Shown: positions 9,515-17,759, numbered from the stretch's first letter. The stretch is DNA of 32,000 nucleotides from Geobacter sulfurreducens PCA (GCF_000007985.2 NC_002939.5:3782129-3814128); one strand, 5' to 3'. The notes: generated by a model not told the origin, from the letters alone. Numbers and translations are program-made.

Positions 9515-9967
9515 TTAGCGCAGGGCATCGCGGACCCGGGAAAGCACCGCCTCTCTGGGTAGTGCACCGCTCCAGGTTGCGAGCACCTGCCCCCGTCGCA
9601 GGAGCACCAGGGCCGGAATCCCCCGGATGCCGAAGCGGGCTGCCAGCTGCGGGTTCTCCTGGGTGTTCACCTGAACCACTGCCGCCGTGCCGGCAAGCTC
9701 CCGCGCAACCTCCCGCACCACCGGTGCGAAGTCCCGGCAGTGGGGTCACCAGGGGGCCCAGAATTCAACCAGAACGGGGCCATGATAGCCAGCGACGAAC
9801 GGGTCGAAACTCCGGTCGGTAAGCGGGACCGGCTGGAAATAGAGGGGCGGGAGCACACCGCGGCAGCTGCCGCAGCGGCCCGCAACCCCTTCCCTGGATG
9901 CCGGCACCCGGTTGCTCGTGCCACAGGCGGGGCAGGCAACGAGAAATGACTGGCCGCTCTCTGCCAT
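9515..9967 (-). CDS. Trx2-type (N-terminal zinc-finger) thioredoxin with in-frame TGA at the first active-site Cys: predicted selenoprotein, motif W-U-P-H-C
   Basis: Track ORFs 9746..9967 and 9515..9721 share one frame and are separated by TGA (9748..9746). Joined product: MAESGQSFLVACPACGTSNRVPASREGVAGRCGSCRGVL...VLVEFWAPW-[TGA]-PHCRDFAPVVREVARELAGTAAVVQVNTQENPQLAARFGIRGIPALVLL... It is collinear with E. coli Trx2 (DFWAPWCGPCRNFAP...RFGIRSIPT). Confidence 0.8.
9707..9733 (-). promoter_or_regulatory. Candidate bacterial SECIS hairpin downstream of the thioredoxin UGA
   Basis: Minus-strand RNA forms GCACC-GGU-GGUGC (9727..9715), extendable by C-G and two U-G pairs (CUUC with GGG). The core stem starts 18 nt after the UGA, and the GGU apical loop begins at the 24th nt after it. 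Confidence 0.55.
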
Positions 9968-9976
9968 GGGAGGTTC

Positions 9977-10444
9977 CTACCCCTGCTTGGCGAGGAACTC
10001 CGCCACCTGCGCCGGATGGGCCTCTGCCTTGGCCACCTTGGACCAGTGCTTCACCACCGTCCCGTCGGGACCCACCACCACTGTGGAGCGGATCGTGCCC
10101 ATAGTAGTCTTGCCGTACTGGACCTTCTCGCCGAAGGCACCGTAGGCGGTCATCATGGCGGCGTCCGGATCCGACAGAAGCGTGAAGGGGAGGCCGAAGG
10201 CCTTGATGAACTTATCGTGGGACGCGAGGCTGTCTTTGCTGACGCCGAGAAGAACAACGCCGCGCGCCATCAGATCCTGGTGCAGATCCCGGAAGCCGCA
10301 GGCCTCCTTGGTGCATCCCGGAGTATTGTCCCGGGGATAGAAATAGATGACGACCGTTTTCCCTGCATAGTCTTTCAGGGAGTGTTTTTTCCCGTCACTT
10401 CCCTCCAGGGTGAAGTCGGGAGCTTTTTTGCCTTCCAGCGACAT
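9977..10444 (-). CDS. bcp: Thiol peroxidase / peroxiredoxin Bcp (PrxQ type)
   Basis: MSLEGKKAPDFTLEGSDGKKHSLKDYAGKTVVIYFYPRDNTPGCTKEAC... is a typical Bcp with the PGCT active site. ATG 10444 is preceded by AAGGAGG; the track start at 10510 is an extension. Confidence 0.92.
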   Translation of the reverse strand: MSLEGKKAPDFTLEGSDGKKHSLKDYAGKTVVIYFYPRDNTPGCTKEACGFRDLHQDLMARGVVLLGVSKDSLASHDKFIKAFGLPFTLLSDPDAAMMTAYGAFGEKVQYGKTTMGTIRSTVVVGPDGTVVKHWSKVAKAEAHPAQVAEFLAKQG

Positions 10445-10506
10445 GCCTGCCTCCTTGGTGAATCGAATCCGACAGGAAAAACAGTTTACCCCATTCCCGG
10501 TCGTTG

Positions 10507-11718
10507 TCACCCCTGCCCATTCAGGAGCGCGGCCACCTCCTCGGCGTAAACCATTTCCTCATCGGTGGGAATCACGTAGACCGCAACAGGCGAGTCATCG
10601 GCGCTGACCCGCTCCTCCCGGTCCACGGAACGGGCAGTTCGGTTCCGCTCCCGGTCGAGCCGGATGCCGAAGCATGCCATGTCGGCGAGGGCCTTTTCCC
10701 GCACGAGCCATTCCCCCTCCCCCGAGGCCGCGCTGAAGACCACGGCGTCGAGCCGGCCGAGGGCCGCGGCGTAGCCGCCGATGTGCTTCCGGAGTCGGTA
10801 GGCCTCCATCTCCAGAGCCAGGAGGCACCGCTCATCCCCCGCGATGGCCCGGGCCAGAAACGCCGACCGGTCCAGCTTGAGGCCGGTGATGCCCGCGGCA
10901 CCGCTCCGCTGGTTGAGAATCCGGTCCAGATCACGGGGCGAGAGCTGTTCTTCCTGCATCATGAACGGGGGAATGCCCGGGTCGATGGAGCCGCAACGGG
11001 TTCCCATCATGGTCCCTTCCAGCGGCGTGAGACCCATGCTCGTATCAATGGAGCACCCTCCCTCCACGGCGCAAAGGGAAATCCCATTGCCGATGTGGAT
11101 GGTGACCAGATTACAGAGGGCCGGCTCGCGCCCCAGGAGCGCCGCCCCCCGCCGCGCCGCATGACAATGGGAGGCGCCGTGGAAGCCGTAGCGTCTCACG
11201 CCGTGCTGCTCGTACCACTCCCAGGGGAGAGGGTAGAGGTAGGCATGGAGCGGCATTGCCTGGTGGAATGCCGTGTCGAAGACTGCCACGTGGGGAATGC
11301 CGGGCAGAGTAGCCATGGCTCCCTCGATCCCCGCCAGGTTCGGGGGAATATGGAGCGGCGCCAGTTCCTCCACGGATCTGACCGCCTCGATGACCTTCCC
11401 GTCGATGGGAACCGAGGAGGTAAACCGCTCCCCCCCGTGAACGACCCGGTGCCCCACGGCGGTGATCTGCTCGACCCGGGAGAGGGGACCCTCCAGGGGG
11501 TGGGTCAGGGTGGCGAGAATAAGGGCCACGGCTGCACCGAAACTGGAGCAGTCAGACTCCAGGTGATAGGGGTCCCGCCCCGGTACCTCCATAGAGATGA
11601 ACGAGTCGCCCAGCTCGATCCGGTCCACGTCCCCCCGGGCGAGGACGGTCCGCGTAGACCAGTCGAAGAGCTGGAAGTGGATGGAAAAGCCCCGGCAATT
11701 GAGAATCAGGATAATCAT
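10507..11718 (-). CDS. Acetate/propionate kinase family paralog with a divergent N-terminal phosphate motif
   Basis: ASKHA motifs are retained: VGHRVVHGG, PLHIPPN, AVFDTAFHQAMP, RYGFHGASH, IHIGNGISL, GTRCGSIDPG, VIPTDEEMV. The N-terminal NxGSSSxK motif reads LNCRGFSIHF. Start taken at ATG 11718 (MIILILNC). Confidence 0.8.
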   Translation of the reverse strand: MIILILNCRGFSIHFQLFDWSTRTVLARGDVDRIELGDSFISMEVPGRDPYHLESDCSSFGAAVALILATLTHPLEGPLSRVEQITAVGHRVVHGGERFTSSVPIDGKVIEAVRSVEELAPLHIPPNLAGIEGAMATLPGIPHVAVFDTAFHQAMPLHAYLYPLPWEWYEQHGVRRYGFHGASHCHAARRGAALLGREPALCNLVTIHIGNGISLCAVEGGCSIDTSMGLTPLEGTMMGTRCGSIDPGIPPFMMQEEQLSPRDLDRILNQRSGAAGITGLKLDRSAFLARAIAGDERCLLALEMEAYRLRKHIGGYAAALGRLDAVVFSAASGEGEWLVREKALADMACFGIRLDRERNRTARSVDREERVSADDSPVAVYVIPTDEEMVYAEEVAALLNGQG

Positions 11719-11750
11719 GTGTCTTCCCGTATCGTGGGATGTGTGGGCTG

Positions 11751-11939
11751 TTACCCCCAATGGATGCAGGAGACCGGACAGGTGTCAACGGCCTCCTGGA
11801 TCTTTTCCTCGGCAGCGCCGGCCGGATCGTACACCTCGGCCAGGTTGTCGTCGTCAAACCGGAACACCTCCGGAACCGTCTCAACACAAAGACCGCAGCT
11901 GATACAGACATCTTTCTCGACGTACAGATTACGGCTCAT
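11751..11939 (-). CDS. Small single-cluster ferredoxin (62 aa)
   Basis: MSRNLYVEKDVCISCGLCVETVPEVFRFDDDNLAEVY...AVDTCPVSCIHWG has a CxxCxxC...CP pattern. ATG 11939 is preceded by AAGGAGG. Confidence 0.82.
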   Translation of the reverse strand: MSRNLYVEKDVCISCGLCVETVPEVFRFDDDNLAEVYDPAGAAEEKIQEAVDTCPVSCIHWG

Positions 11940-11973
11940 GGTCGTTCCTCCTTGCATCCTCAGGGGGATGCCG

Positions 11974-14900
11974 TCACTCGGTGCTCCTGGGGGTAACGAT
12001 GTTCTTCTCCGGCACGATCTTAACGAAACAGCTCCGGGTGTCGGCAATGATCCCCTCCACGGCGTCGGCTTCTTCCTCCTGGTGGGAGTGGAGGAGCTCC
12101 CGGTGGTACTTCAGGAGGAGCTCCCCAATGCTTGCCACATCCTCTTCCTCAACGTCCCGGATCTCCACCCCGGCCCCTTTGGCCAGCCGCCGACGCAGGG
12201 CCTCACGGGTGAACCCCATGGCTCCGTCCAGGTGGCAGTACACCACGCCACCGGTCATGCCGGAGCAGATCCAGGGGCCCGGATCCCCCAGGACCACCAC
12301 CCGTCCGGCGGTCATGTACTCGAAGGCGAAACCCTTAAGGTTTGCCCGGGAGGCGATGTCCCCTCGAAAGTCGTCAACCGGCTCGCGGATGCGGGAGCCG
12401 AAGACCACATCGGCCCCGGAGAGCCTGATGCAGGCCCTGCTGTCGGCATCTCCCTGGACAAGGAAGGTTCCTCCCTGGGCACCGTAGGCGAGCCCCTTGC
12501 CCACAGTCCCACCCACCCGGCGCCCCTCCCGGTTCTCACCCTTGAGGATGACGATTCTGCCGCCGGAGGTACTCTTGCCCACGCCATCCTGAGCCCCTCC
12601 CTCTACCCGGATGGTGAGCCGGTCGATGGAAAAGGCGGCCAAGCCGTTGCCCGGGATGGAGTCGCGCCGGAACTGGAGGAGCGCCCGCTGCCCGGTCCGA
12701 ACGCGCCCCTCGGCCACACCGCGCTCCAAGGCACCGGCCAGATGGGTGCCGATGGCCCGGTCGGAGCTGGTGGCACTGTCGTCATCGTACCGGACCCGCT
12801 CCTCGCCCTTGGCGAAAGAGTCGGTCACGAGCCCGGAGATAAGAGAGGTCAGGTAATTGAGGGGCTTGCGGATGATGCGCACCTCGGGTTCGAAGGGCTG
12901 ATGCTCCTCCGGTCGGGCCGGGCGGAGCAACTCCGTCAGGTCCAGGCGGTCGAGGCCCCGGGCCTGGGCGAGGAGATCGCTCCGCCCCACCAGGTCCTGG
13001 GTGCGCCGGAAGCCGAGCTTGGCAGTGAGGATCCTGATTTCCCGACTCATCCCCCGGAAAAAGGTGCTCATGTAAATGACCCCGTTTTCCAGCACCCGGG
13101 GAACGAACCGCTTGAGTCCCCGGGCTTCGGCCTCCTCCGCGGTTTCGATCTGGGTGGCGATTCCCACGTGGCAGGTCCCGAGATGGCAGCCCCGGCAGGC
13201 GGTGCAGCCGATGACCACCATGGCCATGGTGCCGAAACCGACCCGGTTGGCGCCGAGGAGCATGAGTTTTACCACGTCCCGGCCGGTGCGGGCGCCGCCG
13301 TCGGCCCAGATCTCCACTTTCTGGCGCATCCCGGCCGCCACCAGCGCCTTGTGGGCCTCTGAGACCCCGATCTCCGCGGGCAACCCCACGAACTTGATGG
13401 CGTGCTTGCGGGCCGCGCCGGTGCCGCCGTCGTAGCCGCTGATGGTGATGATGTCGGCCCCGGCCTTGGCCACGCCGAGGGCGATGGTGCCGATTCCCGC
13501 CACCGCTGGCACCTTCACCGACATGCGGGCCCAAGGGTTGGCGGTACGGAGTTCCTCGACGATCTGGGCCAGATCCTCGATAGAGTAGATGTCGTGGTTG
13601 TTGGAGGGGGAAATGAGGCTGACGCCGGGCGTGGCGTGGCGAGCTGCAGCGATCTTGGCCGTCACCTTGAAGCCGGGGAGATGCCCCCCCTCGCCGGGCT
13701 TGGCCCCCTGCCCCACCTTGATCTCCAGAAAGTCGGCGGAGTTGAGGAATGCCATGTTCACCCCGAAGCGCCCCGAGGCGATCTGCTGCCCCCGGTTCTT
13801 CCGGTACTGCCCCAGCATGTCGGCGATTTCGCCCCCCTCGCCGTTCATGCAGATGATGTTAAGGCGCTTTGCCGCTTCGGCGTAGATCCTGAAAGGAGTC
13901 TCCCCCTGAGAACCGAAGCTCATGGCGGAAATCAGGATCGGCAGGTTATGGTCCCCCACGGTGGTGTCCACCTCGTCCGGGTCCACGGTCAGTTCCTGGG
14001 TGTAGCGGAGGTCGAGCAGGTGCCGGATGGCCAGGGGGTTCTCCGCCTCGTACTGCTGGATGAGGCGGGAGAGGTCCGCGTAGGTCTCCTCCATCTTGGC
14101 CACGGCCCCCACCATCTTCCAAATTTTGGGATAGAGCCGGAACTGGACCGGCACCGGTTGTTTTTCGCGGCTGCGGGCCACGGAGCTGCGGGAGCGGTTT
14201 TCCTCCTCCAGCCGCTCAAGGGTGAGCCCGCCCTGCCCCGAGCCGCAGAAGTTGGGGGTTTCAAATATCTCCGCCAGATGCCGGCAAAGGCCGATGGATG
14301 CGAAGTACTTGCCGTAGCCGCCGATCTCGTGGGTCCCCATGGTGGAGATGACCTTTTCGAGACCCTTGGCAACGACCGAGAAGAGGTTCTTCATCCCCGG
14401 ACCATCGCCGGCCCCTTCCCACATGAGATAGGGACAAAGGGCATCGGCCCCCATGCCGAGAGCGAATATGAGGTCGTGGAGGCTGCGGAGCGCCCCGGAC
14501 CGGACCACCAGGGCGGTCCGCCGCCGCAGACTTTCCCCCGAGGCGTCGGTGGCCTCCTTGAGCCCCTTGTGGAGGACCGCCGTCACCAGAAACGGGTCGA
14601 TGAAGCTCTTCCCCGGGGCGAAGCAGTCGCTGTCGTCCAGCAGGAGCACCGCAGCCCCCCGGGACACTGCCTCCACAGCCTCGCGGGTCAGGCGCGCCAG
14701 GGCGGCTCCCAGACATTCCTCCTTTGCCATGTGGCACGGAATTACCCGACACCGCCCCTTGCCCTCGCCAAAGGCGGCCACGAGCGCCTCCAGGCTGGCG
14801 GTGCCGAACTCCCGGGCCACGGCGGCGTCGGCCGCTTCGATGCCGGTACGGCGGCCACCGGTCAGCAGCGGCACCTCCAGCGTCACCGCCAGGCGGGCGG

Positions 14901-16506
14901 GGCCTCGGAACAGGGGCCGCGGCCCCAGGTAGACCCTGGTGGAAAAATGCTCTGCCTCCCGTTCCCGGTCAATGGCCGGATTGGTCACCACAGCCACCTG
15001 TTCCTTGAAGTAGTCGGAGAGATTCTGACGCCGGCTGGAAAGCGACGCCAGGGGGCCGTCGTACCCCAGGGACGCAATAGGGTCCGAGCCGCTGCCGGCC
15101 ATCTCTCGCAGAATGGACAGATCGCTGGACTTCCAGGCAAAGGCGGACATGAGGTTGTCCTGGTGGAGTTTGGCGCTCCGGCCGAAGCGGACCGCCAGGG
15201 ACGGCAGCCCGTCCCCCAGTGCCGCCCCCTGCGTTACCCACTTCTCCTGGGACGCCAGGTTCGTCCGCTTCCGGAAGCTCTGGTAAACCTCCCCCCGCAG
15301 GGCCGGGTGCCCGATGATCTCCACCTGTTGCCCCGCCACGATCCGCACCCCCACCTTCTCGCCGGGGGCCAGGGGCTTCGGGTCGCTCAGGATCTCCTCA
15401 TGGGGGACGACGCCCAGTTCCGACGAGGCAAATATCTCCCGGTCGGTCTCACCCACCCAGAGAGGGCGCAGCCCCATGGCGTCCACGCTGAAGATGCAGA
15501 GATTGCGATGGCGGGCAATGATGGCCGCGGGCCCTTGGGCTGACGCCTTCAGAAAGCGGCGGAACCAGGTATACATGGCCTTCAGCTCCGGCCCCATGCC
15601 GTCCATGGCGCTGAAAATGGGCGGGAAAACCACCTCCATCGCCTCGAACAGGGTGAGACCATAGCGGAACATGAGCCCTTCCAGGGTCCGATTCAGGTCC
15701 TGGGAGTCGGAGCCGTCGGCGAAGAGAGGAATTCCCATCATCCGAGCCTCTTCCCGAAGCCGGGCGATGGTGTTGATCTCGCCATTGTGCCCCAGAAGCG
15801 AAAAGGGCTGGGCCCGGAGCACTGTGGGGAGCGTGTTGGTGGAATAACGGCTGTGACCGATGGTAACTGAGGAGAGAAAGTCGCGGCGCCGCAATTCGGG
15901 ATAGTAACGGGGAAGGAGTTCCGGTGCGCCGTGAACCTTCCAGGCGGTCACATCGGTGGAGAGAGACGCCACGTGGACCGTGAAATCCCGCTCGATGGAT
16001 GTTTGGAGTTCGAACAGGAGCTTTGGTGCTGCCACCTTCTCCGGGCAGAGGAGCGCCACCTGCCAGAAGAGGGGCTCCCCTTCCCTTGCGCGGCTGGAGA
16101 GGACTTCGCTCCGGACAATCCCGGGCCGCTCCACAAGCAACTGGACGCCGGCGGCGGAGAACCGGCCAAGGATTGCCGCCTGCAGCTGCGGATCGGCGAC
16201 AATGGCCTCCTTCGGCAGAAGCAAATGCCCCACGGCAAAGCCGGGAGCTTCGGCCAGATCGGGGTCGGCGCCTGCGCCAGCCAGGACCTCCCGCCAGATC
16301 GTTCGGGGGATGTCGGTCAGGACGCCACACCCGTCTCCTTCGCCGTTGATTTCACCGGCCCGGTGCCCCATCTTCACCAGGGCCTCGATGGTCCGTTGGA
16401 CGTTGCCGTGGGTGGGACGGGCTTCCTTGTTGATGTGACAGATGATGGCGCAGGCGTCCCGCTCGGGGGGGACGAGGCCGGAGGGGTCGATGGTCTTGTC
16501 GGCCAT
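11974..16506 (-). CDS. gltB: Glutamate synthase large chain, single-polypeptide type (1510 aa)
   Basis: Class II amidotransferase N-terminus (PPERDACAIICHI, aligning with ERDNCGFGLIAHI). FMN domain GQGAKPGEGGHLPG...ISPSNNHDIYSIEDLAQ. 3Fe-4S motif CTACRGCHLGTCHVG. C-terminal GXGXG domain. ATG 16506 is preceded by GAGGAG; the track start at 16623 lies in the loop of a terminator-like hairpin. Confidence 0.94.
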   Translation of the reverse strand: MADKTIDPSGLVPPERDACAIICHINKEARPTHGNVQRTIEALVKMGHRAGEINGEGDGCGVLTDIPRTIWREVLAGAGADPDLAEAPGFAVGHLLLPKEAIVADPQLQAAILGRFSAAGVQLLVERPGIVRSEVLSSRAREGEPLFWQVALLCPEKVAAPKLLFELQTSIERDFTVHVASLSTDVTAWKVHGAPELLPRYYPELRRRDFLSSVTIGHSRYSTNTLPTVLRAQPFSLLGHNGEINTIARLREEARMMGIPLFADGSDSQDLNRTLEGLMFRYGLTLFEAMEVVFPPIFSAMDGMGPELKAMYTWFRRFLKASAQGPAAIIARHRNLCIFSVDAMGLRPLWVGETDREIFASSELGVVPHEEILSDPKPLAPGEKVGVRIVAGQQVEIIGHPALRGEVYQSFRKRTNLASQEKWVTQGAALGDGLPSLAVRFGRSAKLHQDNLMSAFAWKSSDLSILREMAGSGSDPIASLGYDGPLASLSSRRQNLSDYFKEQVAVVTNPAIDREREAEHFSTRVYLGPRPLFRGPARLAVTLEVPLLTGGRRTGIEAADAAVAREFGTASLEALVAAFGEGKGRCRVIPCHMAKEECLGAALARLTREAVEAVSRGAAVLLLDDSDCFAPGKSFIDPFLVTAVLHKGLKEATDASGESLRRRTALVVRSGALRSLHDLIFALGMGADALCPYLMWEGAGDGPGMKNLFSVVAKGLEKVISTMGTHEIGGYGKYFASIGLCRHLAEIFETPNFCGSGQGGLTLERLEEENRSRSSVARSREKQPVPVQFRLYPKIWKMVGAVAKMEETYADLSRLIQQYEAENPLAIRHLLDLRYTQELTVDPDEVDTTVGDHNLPILISAMSFGSQGETPFRIYAEAAKRLNIICMNGEGGEIADMLGQYRKNRGQQIASGRFGVNMAFLNSADFLEIKVGQGAKPGEGGHLPGFKVTAKIAAARHATPGVSLISPSNNHDIYSIEDLAQIVEELRTANPWARMSVKVPAVAGIGTIALGVAKAGADIITISGYDGGTGAARKHAIKFVGLPAEIGVSEAHKALVAAGMRQKVEIWADGGARTGRDVVKLMLLGANRVGFGTMAMVVIGCTACRGCHLGTCHVGIATQIETAEEAEARGLKRFVPRVLENGVIYMSTFFRGMSREIRILTAKLGFRRTQDLVGRSDLLAQARGLDRLDLTELLRPARPEEHQPFEPEVRIIRKPLNYLTSLISGLVTDSFAKGEERVRYDDDSATSSDRAIGTHLAGALERGVAEGRVRTGQRALLQFRRDSIPGNGLAAFSIDRLTIRVEGGAQDGVGKSTSGGRIVILKGENREGRRVGGTVGKGLAYGAQGGTFLVQGDADSRACIRLSGADVVFGSRIREPVDDFRGDIASRANLKGFAFEYMTAGRVVVLGDPGPWICSGMTGGVVYCHLDGAMGFTREALRRRLAKGAGVEIRDVEEEDVASIGELLLKYHRELLHSHQEEEADAVEGIIADTRSCFVKIVPEKNIVTPRSTE

Positions 16507-16600
16507 GGTGTTCTCCTCGGCACGGCAGGGTAGTCGAACGGTGTTAACTATCGCACACAATTTTAGCAGGCCGCAAGGGATAGCTCCCGACGACCGCCGC

Positions 16601-16635
16601 AAAAACAAGAGGGACGCGGCCATGCCCGTCCCCTC
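16601..16635 (-). terminator. Intrinsic-terminator-like hairpin inside the gltB leader
   Basis: Minus-strand RNA forms GAGGGGACG-(10 nt)-CGUCCCUC (8 bp, one bulged G) followed directly by UUGUUUUU. Its U-tract ends 95 nt upstream of the gltB ATG. Confidence 0.5.
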
Positions 16636-16734
16636 GCCATTGGTGTCTCCCTATTCGATGCAACTCAACCATTTTAGTGCGATCCAACAAAAAAAAACAG
16701 CCTGGAATTTTTCCCGCCGGGAGCTATAGTTTAC

Positions 16735-16750
16735 TCAGGTAGCTACCTGA
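16735..16750. repeat. Perfect 16-bp palindrome TCAGGTAGCTACCTGA in the gltB leader
   Basis: Read directly from the sequence; the two 8-nt arms are exact reverse complements. Confidence 0.9.
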
Positions 16751-16886
16751 ACCAGCACTGCCAAAAGGAGGGGCGAAACCTATCGAGGAAGTTTCAGCCG
16801 AACCACAACTTAGGCAGTACGAATCCGGCTGCCGTTGATGCCGGAAGATCCCGTGAAACGGGAACTCGGAAATATGAATGAGCAGG

Positions 16887-16920
16887 GGCCCGCCGCAGAG
16901 TGGCGGGCCTTTCATTTTCT
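16887..16920 (-). terminator. GC-rich hairpin immediately after the hydrolase stop (possibly bidirectional)
   Basis: GGCCCGCC (16887..16894), 7-nt loop, GGCGGGCC (16902..16909). The plus strand continues TTTCATTTTCT. The minus-strand tail is only moderately U-rich (CCUGCUCAUUCAUAUUUCC). Confidence 0.55.
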
Positions 16921-17739
16921 CCCCGACACCCCTTCCTGCTCCAGAAATCCCTCAATGATCCGCCAGAACTCCAGCCAGTCGGGGGGGCAGTCATTATGGC
17001 CGCAGCGAAGCTCTATCAGGCACCCGCGCCGGACGGTACGGGCCAGTTCGCGCCCGTGGCCGACGGGGATGATGTCGTCTTCCGTGCCGTGCAGGATGAG
17101 GACCGCTCCGCCGTAGGATTCCAGGGCCTTACGGTTGTCGAAGACATCGCGTGCCAGAAATCCGGGGAGGAGCATCTGCCGGGCAAAGGGACGGGTCGAG
17201 GTGAACGGCGACTGGAGGATAAGGGCCGCCAGCGGGCGTCTGAGGCTCAGGGCACAGGCGGCCCCGCATCCGAGCGACCTGCCGAAGGCGATCATGCGGC
17301 CGGAATCCGTGTCGCTCCTCCGCACAAGTTCATCATAGGCGGCCACGGCCGCAGCCGTGATTCCCTCCTCTGACGGCGACCCGCCGGAACGGCCGTATCC
17401 CGGATACTCCACGAGCATGACGTGCATCCCCATCCTGCGAAACCCCTCGGCCTGGTCCGGCAGAACGTCGATCACCTCGCCGTTGCCGTGAAAAAAGAGT
17501 ACCACCGGACGCCTGTCTCCGGCAACGCTCCCCGTGGCCGGCAGAAACCAGGATTCGACGTGGCCGTATGGGGTTGTGAGCCAGAGGGGATGGATGTCGG
17601 GCAAATCGGGAGGCTGGCCGGCCACGGAAAGGGAACGGCCGGGATAGATGATGGTGCGCTGGACCAGGAAACAGAGCAGTGCGTACCCCACATAGGCGAG
17701 CACGGCCAGGATGACGATCCGGATGAGGGGATGCTCCAT
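16912..17739 (-). CDS. Alpha/beta-fold hydrolase with N-terminal membrane anchor
   Basis: MEHPLIRIVILAVLAYVGYALLCFLV (TM); VVLFFHGNGE; nucleophile elbow GRSLG; LILHGTEDDIIP. In-frame ATG at 17739; the track start at 18069 would overlap slyX and hemE. Confidence 0.85.
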   Translation of the reverse strand: MEHPLIRIVILAVLAYVGYALLCFLVQRTIIYPGRSLSVAGQPPDLPDIHPLWLTTPYGHVESWFLPATGSVAGDRRPVVLFFHGNGEVIDVLPDQAEGFRRMGMHVMLVEYPGYGRSGGSPSEEGITAAAVAAYDELVRRSDTDSGRMIAFGRSLGCGAACALSLRRPLAALILQSPFTSTRPFARQMLLPGFLARDVFDNRKALESYGGAVLILHGTEDDIIPVGHGRELARTVRRGCLIELRCGHNDCPPDWLEFWRIIEGFLEQEGVSGRK

Positions 17740-17759
17740 GGGGCCCCCATGAATGGCTG

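Noticed and set aside
10504-15543. Very long plus-strand ORFs (10504..13362, 952 aa; 13402..15543, 713 aa). Similar ones occur at 4425..6104, 6721..8094, 17766..19067 and 22236..24098.
   Set aside because: They lie antisense to confidently identified genes (gltB, ack paralog, nuoF, nuoBCD, hemE, GT2). Their products are Gly/Pro/Arg/His-rich low-complexity strings with no recognisable motifs. Stop-free antisense frames are expected in GC-rich coding DNA.
16719-16790. tRNA-like start on the plus strand (GGGAGCT-AT-AGTT-TACTCAGGT-AGCT).
   Set aside because: An acceptor-like 7-mer and a D-arm-like stem exist. The following sequence gives no anticodon stem, no T-arm (no TTCRA loop) and no 3' acceptor complement.
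16507-16911. Sigma-54 promoter (TGGCAC-N5-TTGC) or a known riboswitch class upstream of gltB.
   Set aside because: The only TGGCA-type words (TGGCAGTGCTGGTTCA at 16763..16748 and TGGTTGAGTTGCA at 16670..16658, minus-strand reading) have the wrong GG-to-GC spacing. By eye there is no TPP, glutamine, GEMM, cobalamin or T-box core. A covariance-model scan is still needed.
16724-16915. 63-aa minus-strand ORF starting with an ATGA overlap on the hydrolase stop codon.
   Set aside because: Third-position GC is far below that of neighbouring genes. It begins inside the terminator hairpin and runs through the structured leader. No SD and no recognisable motif, so I treat it as non-coding.
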